Of a DNA stretch of 64,000 bases, positions 47,898-59,426 are shown one piece after another. The notes below the pieces were generated by a model. That model did no database searches and was not told the origin of the DNA. It was given only the letters and a program-made list of their open reading frames with translations. Position 1 is the stretch's first letter, and the number at the start of each line of letters is the position of its first letter. Both the position numbers and the translations under genes were made by a program. The stretch covers positions 16,928,001 through 16,992,000 of the forward strand of contig CM059433.1 in the NCBI GenBank assembly GCA_030390025.1, given 5' to 3'. The stretch comes from Squalus acanthias (Eukaryota).

Positions 47898-48815
47898 CAA
47901 CAATAACTTGAATTTATATAGCACCTCTAAAGTAGTAAAACGTCCCAAGGTGCTTCACAGGAGCGATATCAAACAAAATTTGACACAGAGCCACATAAGG
48001 AGATATTAGGGCAGATGACCAAAAGCTTGGACAAAGGAGGTAGATTTTAAGGAACATCTTAAAAGGAGGAAAGAGAGGCAGAGAGGTTTAGGGAGGGAAT
48101 TCCAGAGCTCAAGGCCAACTGAAGGTCGGCTGCCAATGGTGGAGCGATTAAAATCAGGGATGCACGAGAGGCCAGAATTGGAGGAGCGCAGAGGTCTCAG
48201 AGGGTTGTAGGGCTGGAGGAAGCTACAGAGATAGGGAGGGGCGAGGCCATGGAGGGATTTGAAAACAAGGATAAGAATTTTTAAAATCGAGGTGTTGCCG
48301 GACTGGGAGCCAACATAGGTCAGCAAGCAGAGGGATAACGGGTGAACGGGACTTGGTGCGAGTTAGGATACGGGCAGCAGAGTTTTGCATAAGGTCAAGT
48401 TTATGGAGGGTGGAAGATGGGAGGCCGGCTAGGAGAACATTGGAATAGTCAAGGCTAGAGGTAACAAAGGCATGGATGAGGGTTTCAGCAGCGGATGAGC
48501 TGAGGCGGGGTGGAGTCGGGTGAGGATACGGAGGTGGAAGTAGGCGGTCTTGGTAATGGAGCAGATGTGTGGTCGGAAGCTCATCTCGGGGTCAAATAGG
48601 ACATCAAGGGTGCGAACAGGCTGGTTCAGCCTCAGACAGTCGCCAGGGAGAGGGATGGAGTCGGTGGCTAGGGAACAGAGTTTGTGGCGGGGACCAAAGA
48701 CAATGGCTGCAGTCCTCCCAATATTTAGTTGAAGGAAATTTTTGCTCCTCCAGTAATGGATGTCGGACAAGCAGTCTGACAAATCAGAGACAGTGGAGAG
48801 GGTCGAGCGAGATGG
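47898..48815 (-). mobile_element. L2 LINE 3' fragment (RT C-terminus and tail)
   Basis: NFLQLNIGRT...VRTLDVLFDPEMSFRPHI..ITKTAYFHLR, KILILVFKSLHGLAPPYL, LWNSLP and the L2 terminus with TTG repeats. Confidence 0.92.
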
Positions 48816-49559
48816 TGAATACCTATCACCCACATTCACACACGCACCTGGATTACTTCAGTCTGCCAAGAAAGTGACAATAATCAGGCTTTGATCTGTT
48901 ATGGAGACTTTCTTCAATCCACTTTCCAATAAGTCAGTCACTGTGAGAGTTCTGTAAATACTACACTGGCCCTCTTAAGGGAGCTATGTATATTTGCATC
49001 TAACTAAACTATAGGAGGTTGAAGCAGCAGATAGCTGGATTAGCACAGACCAGTTATAGCATTCTAATAGTACAGTCTATACAGCATGGCTTTTTGCTAA
49101 TTCCATTTCCCTCCACTTCATGCCCTTAAAGAATAATATGGGGCACATATATGGAAGTCAACTGTTTTTTCTGAGGTCCTAGCAAGTTAATTTAGGCTTG
49201 AATAACAGCACAAAGATTCATGAGAATATTGTGCAATAATGAGCAGGAACAACAATCAAAAAGACATTACAGGGCTAATATGCAGAATATGCACTACTGG
49301 CAGATCCTTAGCCACCGCCATGTAGGTTGGAAAATTGCAGGTGCACTCCCCACAATTTTCCATTGATCAATTTTAATGGGTGGAGAATCATTGGCAGTTG
49401 TACTTATGATTTTCTGATAGCCATGGCTGGTGGGCAAGGCTCTCATCATCTAGTTACCATTTCTGGGATTACACATCTGTGGATGTTGGTGAAGATGTGA
49501 TGCCTCCCACATTCAAATAGCCTACTGACATTCACCTACTAGATAGTGGCCACACATGA

Positions 49560-49908
49560 AGAATCCCTCCTCACCCTTGCCCCACACTACCTCAGCAACC
49601 TCATCCAACCATACTTCTCAGCAAGTGTTCTTTGATCTCCAACTTGGCCTCCTGTGCACCTCCCCTCTAGCTCTGCTCCTTCACCTTTAATCAACCTTGG
49701 CTTTATTTTCTGGAATTGCCTCCAAGTTTCTCAGCCTTGCTAGATCTCTTTCGGCCTTTAAAACCTTCCTCAAATGTATCTTTCCAGCCATACTTGTGGT
49801 CATCTCTCCTAGCTCCCCCGCGACCGCTCAGTGCCCGTTTCTCCTCCGTGAAGTCCCTTAGGATGTTTTCTATGATAAATTCACAATACAAATGCAAGCT
49901 GTTGTTGA
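49560..49908 (+). mobile_element. Decayed L2 3' fragment
   Basis: CTGGAATTGCCTCC...CTCCGTGAAGTCCCTTAGGATGTTTTCTATGATAAA...AAATGCAAGCTGTTGTTG. Confidence 0.7.
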
Positions 49909-50185
49909 ATGGCCAGAAGTGAAGTAACAGATAGCAGCTGGCACCCTGGGAACCACATCTGACCATGAATTACCACCTTCAAGAAAGGAGAAAAATTGGT
50001 CATTTGTCCTATTTTAGAAGAATTGGCAAATAGTACCAGAATTAATGACTTCGTGATAAATGGAAAAATGTTGTTTTAAAAAAAACCCAGCAAACTTGAA
50101 GCTATGTTTTCATCTTAACTGGTACCAACACAGATCAAAAGACATACTGCATGCACATTTTACAGTAATATATACGATCGTCTAT

Positions 50186-50508
50186 AAACATAAAAAAATA
50201 GGAGTAGGCCAGTCAGCCCTTCGAGCCTGCTCCTCCATTCAATATGATCATGGCTGATCCTCTATCTCCAAGCCATATTCCCCCTCTCCCTGCACCCCTT
50301 GATGCCCTTTGTGTCTAGAAATCTATCTATCTCCTTCTTAAATATATTCAGTGACTTGGCCTCCACAGCCTTCTGTGGTAGAGAATGCCACAGGTTCACC
50401 ACCCTCTGAGGTGAAGAAATTTCTCCTCATCTCAGTCCTAAATGTCCTACCCCGTATCCTGAGACTGTGACCCCTCGTTCTAGACCCCCCCCCCCAGCCA
50501 GGGGAAAC
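50186..50508 (-). mobile_element. CR1 LINE 3' fragment
   Basis: SRTRGHSLRIRGRTFRTEMRRNFF plus 3' UTR; same subfamily as 56818-57432. Confidence 0.9.
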
Positions 50509-51181
50509 GGGCAGAACTTCCCTAGCACAGATTTCTATGGTTGAATTAGTTACCAAATGACAATTTTGCTTTTATTTTGCAGAATTAGTATGCTAATGAC
50601 ACACAGGACCCTCGAGTAACTGACCGGTATTTGCACCCATAGATTTTGCTCCATTGCCAACCATTGCAAGAAATTAGGTAGAGCAGAGCGAAGTAGAAAG
50701 AGGCTATTTCTGCAAGGTCCAGAGTTAATTTCTTTGCAGAGGGGATAATTAAGTGATAATGGAGGTGTTGTACTGTACTGGGAAATTGAAGAGTAGGAGG
50801 TCAGTCAGTTGGAGGAGAGCAAAGGCCTAGCTTTCAAATCAGCTCACTGGCCTCAATTCCTCGCACCATCCACATCATCATATTTAGGGCATTAGATTTA
50901 GATTCTCAGCAACATTTTATGAAGTTTTTCCTAAAGTTTAAAGACATTTTTCTGACAGCACGAGTTACTGCTGTAATTAATTTAAAATAGCATCACCCGG
51001 AGAGGCCAAGGCGAAGCTGGCTGCAAAACTCTCCAGTCCCTCTCCTGACAAAGCCAAAAATGCTGAAATGACCTCAATTTTTTATTTTACTTTTTAATGC
51101 CAACATTGCAGAAGGAAAATCCATTAACGAGTGGAGTTGTGCGAGAGAGGAGAGTGGATGCAAGACTGTACACGTTATATT

Positions 51182-52765
51182 GGCCCGGGTTTTGTGGTCA
51201 GCGGCGAACGAACGGTATTCACCGTTCATTACACTTACCCACAGACTTTGTGGGCCTTTGCTCTGCGACTTGCAGTAATTAAAAATCCATTTCAGCATGA
51301 CACCCTCTACAGGGAATCTGGAACCTGTGTGAACAGGTTAAGCAACTGCATGTCTCTTTAATCAACCAGACTGAAGAATTCTTAGAGACACGCTGGGCTG
51401 GATTTTCTCAGCCCCGAGGAGGCGGGACTGCCGGGAAAGTTGCAGAATTTGGGGGCGGGTGGCAAACCCGCCCCCAACCCGCCTCCGTGCCCTCTTGCCA
51501 GGAGGCGGGAAGCCATCCGGCCCCGGGTCCCGTCTCCTTGGAGGCAGGAAGGGATTAAAGCCTATTAACTACCTGTTAACAGGTAGTTAACAGGCAGAAA
51601 ATAGGATTATCCCCATTTTTGGCGCTGAAGTGCGGGCTTCCCGACCTGGGGGAACCCCTACGGGGTGTAGGAGGGGAGTAGTAGGTCTGTGGGGGTCAGA
51701 GGGGTCTGAAAGTGCGATGTAGAGGTGAGTGATGGGTGCAAGTGTGGAGTGGTAAGTATGTGAGGCGAGTGTAAAGTGTTAGAAAATGTTAACTGACTTT
51801 TGTTTCTACCTACAGCCTTCAGCCGCTGTGGAGCTGAAGTCCCCGACATCTCCACTGTAGAGATCACAGACTGGCTGTTGCATCCTCCGACCCAACAGCC
51901 AGCTGATTTCTGCAAAGTAGAAAGGTTTGATGAGTCCTGAACACAAGGTCTCATCAAACTACACAGAATGTCAGTGTTTGACAGCTTCACAGAGCTGTCA
52001 AACGATGACATTTCTTCTTTCAAAAGTTCTTGATAGATGACACGTCATACGTTGACGTGCTGTCACTGACTTCCCCCTAATTGGCCTGCTGAGCCCGCCG
52101 GGCGGGCTTAACAAGGTCAATCAGGGGAAATTCCCGCTGGTTGGACAGAAGCTGATGAGGCGGGATTGAAACCCGGCAATCAGCAGGCCCGCCTCCAAAA
52201 GCTTCCCATTCAGAAAATCCAGCCCACAGAGTAAACTAGGAAGGGCAAGTTAGAATATTCAAGTCAATGCCAAATCATGTACAGAAAGCGAAATAAAGAG
52301 AGGGAAAGAAAGAGAGAGAGAGAGAGAAAGAGAAAGAGACCGCAAGTAAAAAGGTTTTATTTTAATTTTTTTTTTAAATCTCCCACAATAATTAAAATCT
52401 GAAGGAATGAGACTCCATATTTTTAATAGTAGATTTTCAGTGTGAGAGGGGCTGTTTAGCACCAATTAAGACTTATAAAGTCGTTAAAAATTCACTTACA
52501 CTTGAATGGACAGGCTCTAACTTCCTCTGGCGTGTTTAGTGGGTATCTAGTGGGAAAGTAACGCAACTTCACACCCTTCATGTATTTGAATGCCAAGTTT
52601 CTTGGCAAGAAACCAGTGTAGTGAAGCTTGTGGAGGAGCAGGGCAACTCGGACAGCAACTTCCTGACTTCTGCGTTTAACTGCGCAAGGGCAGTCGCTGG
52701 AAGTTGCTGTCCTTAATAACAGTGAGCGCTGACAGCCTCAGTTATTCCCACCATAAAATCCGGGA
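51182..52765. mobile_element. Non-autonomous TIR element (family of 33239-33842) containing a nested MITE
   Basis: GGCCCGGGTTTT / AAAATCCGGG termini; colinear with 33239-33842 on either side of the insert. Confidence 0.68.
51395..52225. mobile_element. MITE, 831 bp, with 14-bp TIR
   Basis: GGGCTGGATTTTCT / AGAAAATCCAGCCC; second copy at 59427-61447. Confidence 0.85.
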
Positions 52766-52932
52766 TGATATGTTTGTTTTGTGAGGATATCCTTGACTTG
52801 TTTTAAACAGTCACTCTGTAAGCAGTATCCAAGAATTTTAATAGACATGACTAAATTAGGAATAAAAAAGTGAACATGGTGATGCAGTTAAGAAGGACAA
52901 TTCACAAAAAACAAGATACTGAAGTTAACTAA

Positions 52933-53374
52933 AAAGACAGACTTGCATTTATATAGCGCCTTTCACGACAACCGGACATCTCAAAGCACTTTACAGCCAA
53001 TGAAGTACTTTTGAAGTGGAGTCACTGTTGTAATGTGGGAAACACGGCAGCCAATTTGTGCACAGCAAGCTCCCACAAACAGCAATGTGATAATGACCAA
53101 GTAATCTGTTTTTGTTATGTTGATTGAGGGATAAATATTGGCCAGGACACCGGGGATAACTCCCCTGCTCTTCTTCGAAATAATGCCCTGGGATCTTTTA
53201 CGTCCACTTGAGAGCAGACGGGGCTTCGGTTTAACGTCTCATCCGAAAGACGGCACCTCCAACAGTGCAGCACTCCCTCAGCGTTGCACTGGAGTGTCAC
53301 CCTGGAGTGGGACTTGAACCCACAACCTTCTGACTCAGAGGCGAGAGTGCTACCCACTGAGCCACAGCTGACCC
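52933..53374 (-). mobile_element. Full-length DeuSINE-like (SacSINE1-type) tRNA-derived SINE with L2-like tail
   Basis: A box TGGCTCAGTGG, B box GGTTCAAGTCC, Deu-domain GGAGGTGCCGTCTTTCGGATGAGACGTTAAACCG...GTGTCCTGGCCAA, tail GGCGCTATATAAATGCAAGTC. Confidence 0.85.
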
Positions 53375-53578
53375 AGACATTGAAAGAGTGCATTAACATT
53401 GCAATGACATGAAAAAGAAAAAGCTCACAGACCACTGTCAAACTGGCACTGGGACCACAGACAATATGTCTTCACTGCCCTTGAGAACATGGCCACCACT
53501 CCATTGTCAGCCGAGGTGGTATTTGGGGTCAATAGATACGGCATGGCTCTGCCAAAAAGGGATCACTATGGTGGTGAT

Positions 53579-53840
53579 GGCCCCGATTTTGACTCTAGGT
53601 GGATTCCCCGAGACCAGAGTTAAAATTACAGTCAAGTCTCAAGAATATCAGGATGCAACATGCCTGTGTAAAGAAGGACCCTGTTGGCTCCGGGCACCTG
53701 TCCTTGCTGCCTGATCAGGAGAGCAGGTTAAAATTGCAGAAGTTGCGATCATGGCAGCTTTTGGACAGGTAAGAGCCAGGGCGATTTTAACTGCCCGCCC
53801 GCCAGGTTTCTGCTGAGCGAGTAGGGTTAAAATCGCCACA
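53579..53840. mobile_element. Short MITE
   Basis: GGCCCCGATTTTGACTCTA / TAGGGTTAAAATCGCC with internal GTTAAAAT / ATTTTAAC repeats. Confidence 0.55.
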
Positions 53841-56817
53841 TGGCGTCAACTAATTCAAAACACCTCCAAAAAACGAGTAACTTTTCAATTTTAAAGAGAA
53901 AAAACCAAACTTTGCTACAGTTTGTCATGTGACCATTTAGCACGTGCTCCAATTTTTAAAGAAACAGCAATTATGTAGATCAACTCTTTGATGCAATAAA
54001 AGTAAGATGCTAACTGTAGTTATTGACAAGACTTGACCAGAAGACAGCTGGAAAACCCCAGACTTTTTTTTTTAAAAACTTGCTTGTAGTACACAGATCC
54101 AACCCTTATGAAGCACAACTGTGAACCATCTAATGCTGCTCAGGGACCAGATGCAGTGGGATACTCTGGGCAATGGCCCAAAGTCATTTGAGAATGTAAA
54201 CAATACTTAACTCCTTCGAGATGCACCCAGTGCTGGTCCGGAGGGTCAGCCGTGACAGAAAATATTAAAAAGTGAAGTACCCAAAGATTTTGTTTGATTC
54301 AACAGATGTTAAAAATGCAATGTGAACACTTGACTTAACTACTTGACTATGAAAAAAAGACTACTTATGCTAATTCACCAGTTATGAGTAATAATAAGGA
54401 TTTTAATTTTGTACTATAATATTATGAACATTAGTTGTACAGATTTCCCCCCATACCTCTACTTGTGCAAATGGTTAACAACAGTTTCCATAAACAGACT
54501 GAGATTCTTGTGAACTTAAACCCGCGTCTTTATTCTCTGCCATAAAAATTTTTTTGCAGCCCAGTTCCAACCCCAATCATATTAAATTGCCGAGTGGAGA
54601 ACGTGTAAGGTGACCACTACACCTCTGGATTAATTTACAAATAACCTACACAGAAGCAGAAAGACATAGGCAAAACAGAACACTACTTATGAAAGAACAG
54701 GAATCAGCCCCCTAGGAGTTACTTATGCCCTTTTCATGAAGCCATCTATTTTACAATCTCTTGAAATGTAATAGGTCCTTTGGGCGAGTCGGCTGATCCC
54801 TCGCTTTCGTCGGATGAGATGTCGCACCTAGACTCGGAGTCAGGAGTGCCCCATGGAGCCGCGGTGTCTTTGCCAGAACTTAAAACAAATTGCCAGAATG
54901 GCAGTATTTATTCCATGGAATTTCTTTTCACACAAACCAATTTTCTTTTGAAATGATGTAACTAGCGAAGAGAACGACCTCCATTTTAACCCCCAACTTT
55001 GGTGAAACTACACTCAAACTAAAAAAGACAGAAATTTAAATTTGTGTTTTATTCAGAAGAAGTAGTAAGCAAGAGGGGAGCCAGGTATACATGGCAGGGC
55101 TTTAAACAAACAAAAATTAAATGGAACTACACAAGCTCTCAACCATCACAAATACAGCATCAAAACTCTAACCATTTCTCCCCATTTCTGGACTATGCTG
55201 ACCACCCCAGGCTGACTACCCTGAGCTTTATTAGGTCAAAAACAGGGGCCACCTCATATTTAAACACAATCAGGAGTATCGGGTGTATTGCTTAAAATTT
55301 TTTTACAGCTTGTATGAAACATTCAGTTTAGAGCGATTACTGAAATGTTCCTAGAGTAAACTGACTAACAGTTAACTTTTCCCACATCTATAATAAACAT
55401 ACCATAACATTATTTACAATGTGATCTACTTTTATTTATACAGCAGTTTGGATATTATAAAGTACTGCACTAGTGAATTTATTTTCTCTGGCTTGAAGGA
55501 TTTAATGGCTCAAAGCACCTGCAGCCTCACGGTTTCACGAGGTTTTTTTCCCCCTTTTATTCCTTCTGCTGCTTCATAAGTCGCTTTCTTAGCTAAAGAA
55601 ATGTATTACATGACAATAGTTAATTTGATAGTTAAAATAAGGCATTTAGTAGGAAGCCAAGCAGAAATAAGTACAGTATTTGGCCAATTCTCATCATTAT
55701 TATCCGGTCTTGGAATTGACAAATAACTCATTAAAATTAGGATTATAACTTGAACTTTCAATGAAAGTTGCCCAACATACCAGACTGCTGTGTCACTCCA
55801 GTGATAATGAAACATTTCGTAATGATCTTTTGAAATGTGGCTCTACAATGATTTCTTCCTATAAATGTACATTTACTGAAGGGTCATGAATGCAACATTT
55901 GCAGCTTATAAGTGAAGGGTAACAAAGTGTTACAATTTCTCGGCTAGGTTTCAAAAACAAATTTTTCATCTTTGCTACCTGGACAGAATCAAGCACATCT
56001 CTAATGGACTGTACTCCTGGCACATCATGCTTGTATTTATCAGACTCTCTGTCAGGTCTCCCAGCATCCTACCATTTGACATTCATTTGTTTCCTGAGCT
56101 TTTAGCCCAGTCATTATTTACATTTGAGCATTTACTCAGTTACTTGGCTCTTTCAACCTTGTCCAATAATGGGAAAGGGACATTCATTTTAAAAATGAAT
56201 GATTAAAAAAAAAACTGGACCTTGGCACTTTTCTCTTTCCAACATTTTTCACCACATCATGGTCACAAGCAAGAATACAGAACCAGTCAGGCTCAAATAG
56301 TGTAAATCTATATTCAATTTGCTGCAGCTTCACCCTTTGGGCACTGGGCAGAGAAAGTGTTTCTTCCATTTTATGCTGTTAGTTGAGGGAGTGCATGTAC
56401 ATCATACAATGGCCATTGGCAGTGTTGTCTACAGGATGAATAGAATAGACACGTGCAGGGCTAGATTTTCCTCAAAGGCAGGGTTAGCACCAGAAATGCA
56501 TTGGAACTGAACTTCCGCCCAGTGTGATCATATTCGGACCCCATTCCCTGGCTCAGGTTACATTTAATAGTGAGGGCAGGATCGCAGCTATTGTTGCACC
56601 TTCTATTGAGAGTTCACCTCAAGGGGGATTGATGATGGAAAGAGGGAAGCCTGGCACTGTTGCCCCCCTCATCTTCCACCTCCGTCTCTTCCAGCCCCAT
56701 GTGTTCAGTGCGTCACTCTGTGCAGTCATGTCATACTTGTTCACCACTCCCCTTCCCTTTACCTGCATTATGGTGTTACAGCCAACTCCAGAACGAGCTG
56801 CAGCACAGGCTTAGAAA

Positions 56818-57432
56818 AACAAAATAGGAGCAGGAGTAGGCCATTTGGCCCTTCGAGCCTGCTCCGCCATTCAATATGATCATGGCTGATCCTCTCTCTC
56901 AATACCATATTCCTGCTCTCTCCCCATACCCCTTGATGCCTTTTGCGTCTAGAAATCTATCTATCTCCTTCTTAAATATATACAGTGACTTGGCCTCCAC
57001 AGCCTTCTGTGGTAGAGAATTCCACAGGTTCACCACCCCGAGTCAAGAAATTTCTCCTCATCTCAGTCCTAAATGTCCTACCCCATATCCGGAGACTGTG
57101 ACCCCCTCGTTCTGGACCCCCCCCAGCCAGGGGAAACATCCTCCCTGCATCCAGTCTGTCTAGCCCTGTCAGAATTTTATACGTTTCAATGAGATCCCCT
57201 CTCATTCTTCTAAACTCGAGTGAATACAGGCTTAGTCGACCCAATCTCTCCTCATACGACAGTCCTGCCATCCCAGGAATCAGTCTGGTGAACCTTCGCT
57301 GCACTCCCTCTATGGCAAGTATATCCTTTCTTAGATAAGGAGACCAAAACTGCACACAGTACTCCAGGTGTGGTCTCACCAAGGCCCTGTACAACTGTAG
57401 CAAGACATCCTTGCTCCTGTACTCAAATCCTT
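56818..57432 (-). mobile_element. CR1 LINE 3' fragment
   Basis: GFEYRSKDVLLQLYRALVRPHLEYCVQFWSPYLRKDILAIEGVQRRFTRLIPGM... Confidence 0.95.
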
Positions 57433-57748
57433 CCCAAGAGGACTCAGCAACAGTCAAGCCTTCTGGCATTGAAGCTGTAACAGCTGCAACAGACAGACTG
57501 GGTGGTAGAGTGGAGAGGGTGGTCTCTTCTGGCCTGCTGAGAAATTGGGACTTGCATACAGACATGTATCTCTCTTAGCTTCAATGAGCTGACTGGTACC
57601 ATTTGGACAGTTTTCCTGGTGGTTACTGACCAAACTGAGCCAAGGCCCAGTACTAGTGGCTTTGTCAAGTGTGGGCTTCAATGATGATACTGCTGTCTCA
57701 GGAGAGTAAAATGTGTGTGCCCTCCATGACTTCTTTAATGCTGTAGTA

Positions 57749-57950
57749 CAGCGGTTCCCAACCTCTTCCTTTATGCGGACCACTACATCGTCATCAAAAG
57801 CTTTTGCGGACCACTAGCCATTTAAAACATTTTTAACATCGCCTATGGCTGCCTATTACATTATCATAATTTTTTTTTTCCCCCCACGGACCACCTGCAG
57901 TACCCCCGCGGACCACTGGTGGTCCACGGACCACAGGTTGGGAACCGCTG
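57749..57950. mobile_element. hAT (Charlie-like) MITE, 202 bp
   Basis: Perfect 16-bp TIR CAGCGGTTCCCAACCT, 8-bp TSD CTGTAGTA (57741-57748, 57951-57958) and repeated CGGACCAC subterminal motifs. Confidence 0.95.
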
Positions 57951-59426
57951 CTGTAGTATATGGCTGGCTTGCTGATGTTACAAATATCTTCAGTTGGCAC
58001 TTCAAAATAACACTGTGGCATAAAAGCGGAGGGCTATGGTAACTTTCACTGGCAATGCGGGGTCTCTGGGGGCGCTGGGCTCCAGGTTCAGCACAAGCAT
58101 GTGGCACAACTCCTGCACAGCCTCTCAAGTGAAGCACAGTCTTCTTACACATTGGTCATTACGGAGATCAAGATAAGAGTGCGTTTGTACCCGCAAGTGG
58201 GTACCAGGAGTTGGCATGATGCCCATAAGCCTCTTTTCCCTGCATTCTTCCCTCGGTCTCCTTTCCCCACCCCCCTCCCTCTTCATTGCACCACATGTAA
58301 AAGGGGGATTCCCAAGTGAAACACCACTGAATCCTGTGCTGAATGCTTAAAGGTGCCAAAAAAAATATAGCACAAGGAATCGAGTTGCATCAAATCAAAA
58401 ATCTCAACAACTTTTATCTCTACTGCCACCTGCCTAGCAACCCTGAACACCTCTTTTATACCAGTGTTGATTTGGAGAGGAGGGGCAAAGGTAGCGGGGA
58501 AGGGGAATTCAACACTGGTGACTAATTGTGTGTAAACACAACATGCATACAGTGGCCAGTATTTTGGTAGGCACTGTCAGCTGCCAACATTGCACCAGGA
58601 AGAAAATTGTAATTGAGGATATTGTGCAAGGCTTTGGAGCAAGGCCTACGCATCTCACTTTCCTCTTCTGGCTGCTCCGAGATACACTTAATGACGCATC
58701 CAACCTCCCACATCCACCATTACTGTGAGGCTGTACTCTTTACCACCCCCCCCCCCAACCACTGCCCCCCCTCATCTCCAAACTTCCATTCACAGAAAAG
58801 CTTTACTGTCGATCTCCTCCACTATTGCCCCACAACCCACCCTATCCTGTCCTGTTACCAGCTGCCTTCGCACTCAGCCGTTGGTGGTCGTAAGTCAGTG
58901 GTTTCACTTTGGCTCACTGTCAGCAGTTCCAGGATAGCCAGTTTCCCCACAGTCACTCTGTTCTGCTGGGAAAATTCCTACTTTACCAAATTGTTTACTG
59001 TTTCCAGGCTCTCGGCCTTACAACATCTCTATCCCAATCCCTATCCCCACCCCACGATACACAGAATTTAGGACTATAAAATGGGGGGATGCAGCTACGT
59101 TTATTCACCCTGGTCCAGTCACCTCCCGCCCACTAAACACGCTTCACTTGAAGATTACACTTGGTCTCAACTATCAGTTTTAAATACCAGAGGTGATCGA
59201 CATATTTTGTCGTAATAGTGCAAGCCATTTTACAATCACATTTTTATTTGTTTTAAATGGACTTGCAAACTGTGTCACTCCTTGTGATCACAAATCTCAC
59301 TTCTACCATTTCGGGAATGTTGACAGCCTTCCTTCCTTCAATCATCCCTCCCCCTCACACCACCCACAGCCTGAATGGAACACGCACGCACACACGCACC
59401 ACCGCCCCCCCCCCCCCCCCCCCCTT

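Noticed and set aside
52150..52185. Hammerhead-like CTGATGA...GAAA
   Set aside because: The intervening GGCGGGATT cannot form stem II, and the motif is not kept in the paralogous MITE copy near 61375.
53300..53374. tRNA gene
   Set aside because: The A and B boxes are the head of a SINE and continue into a Deu-like body.
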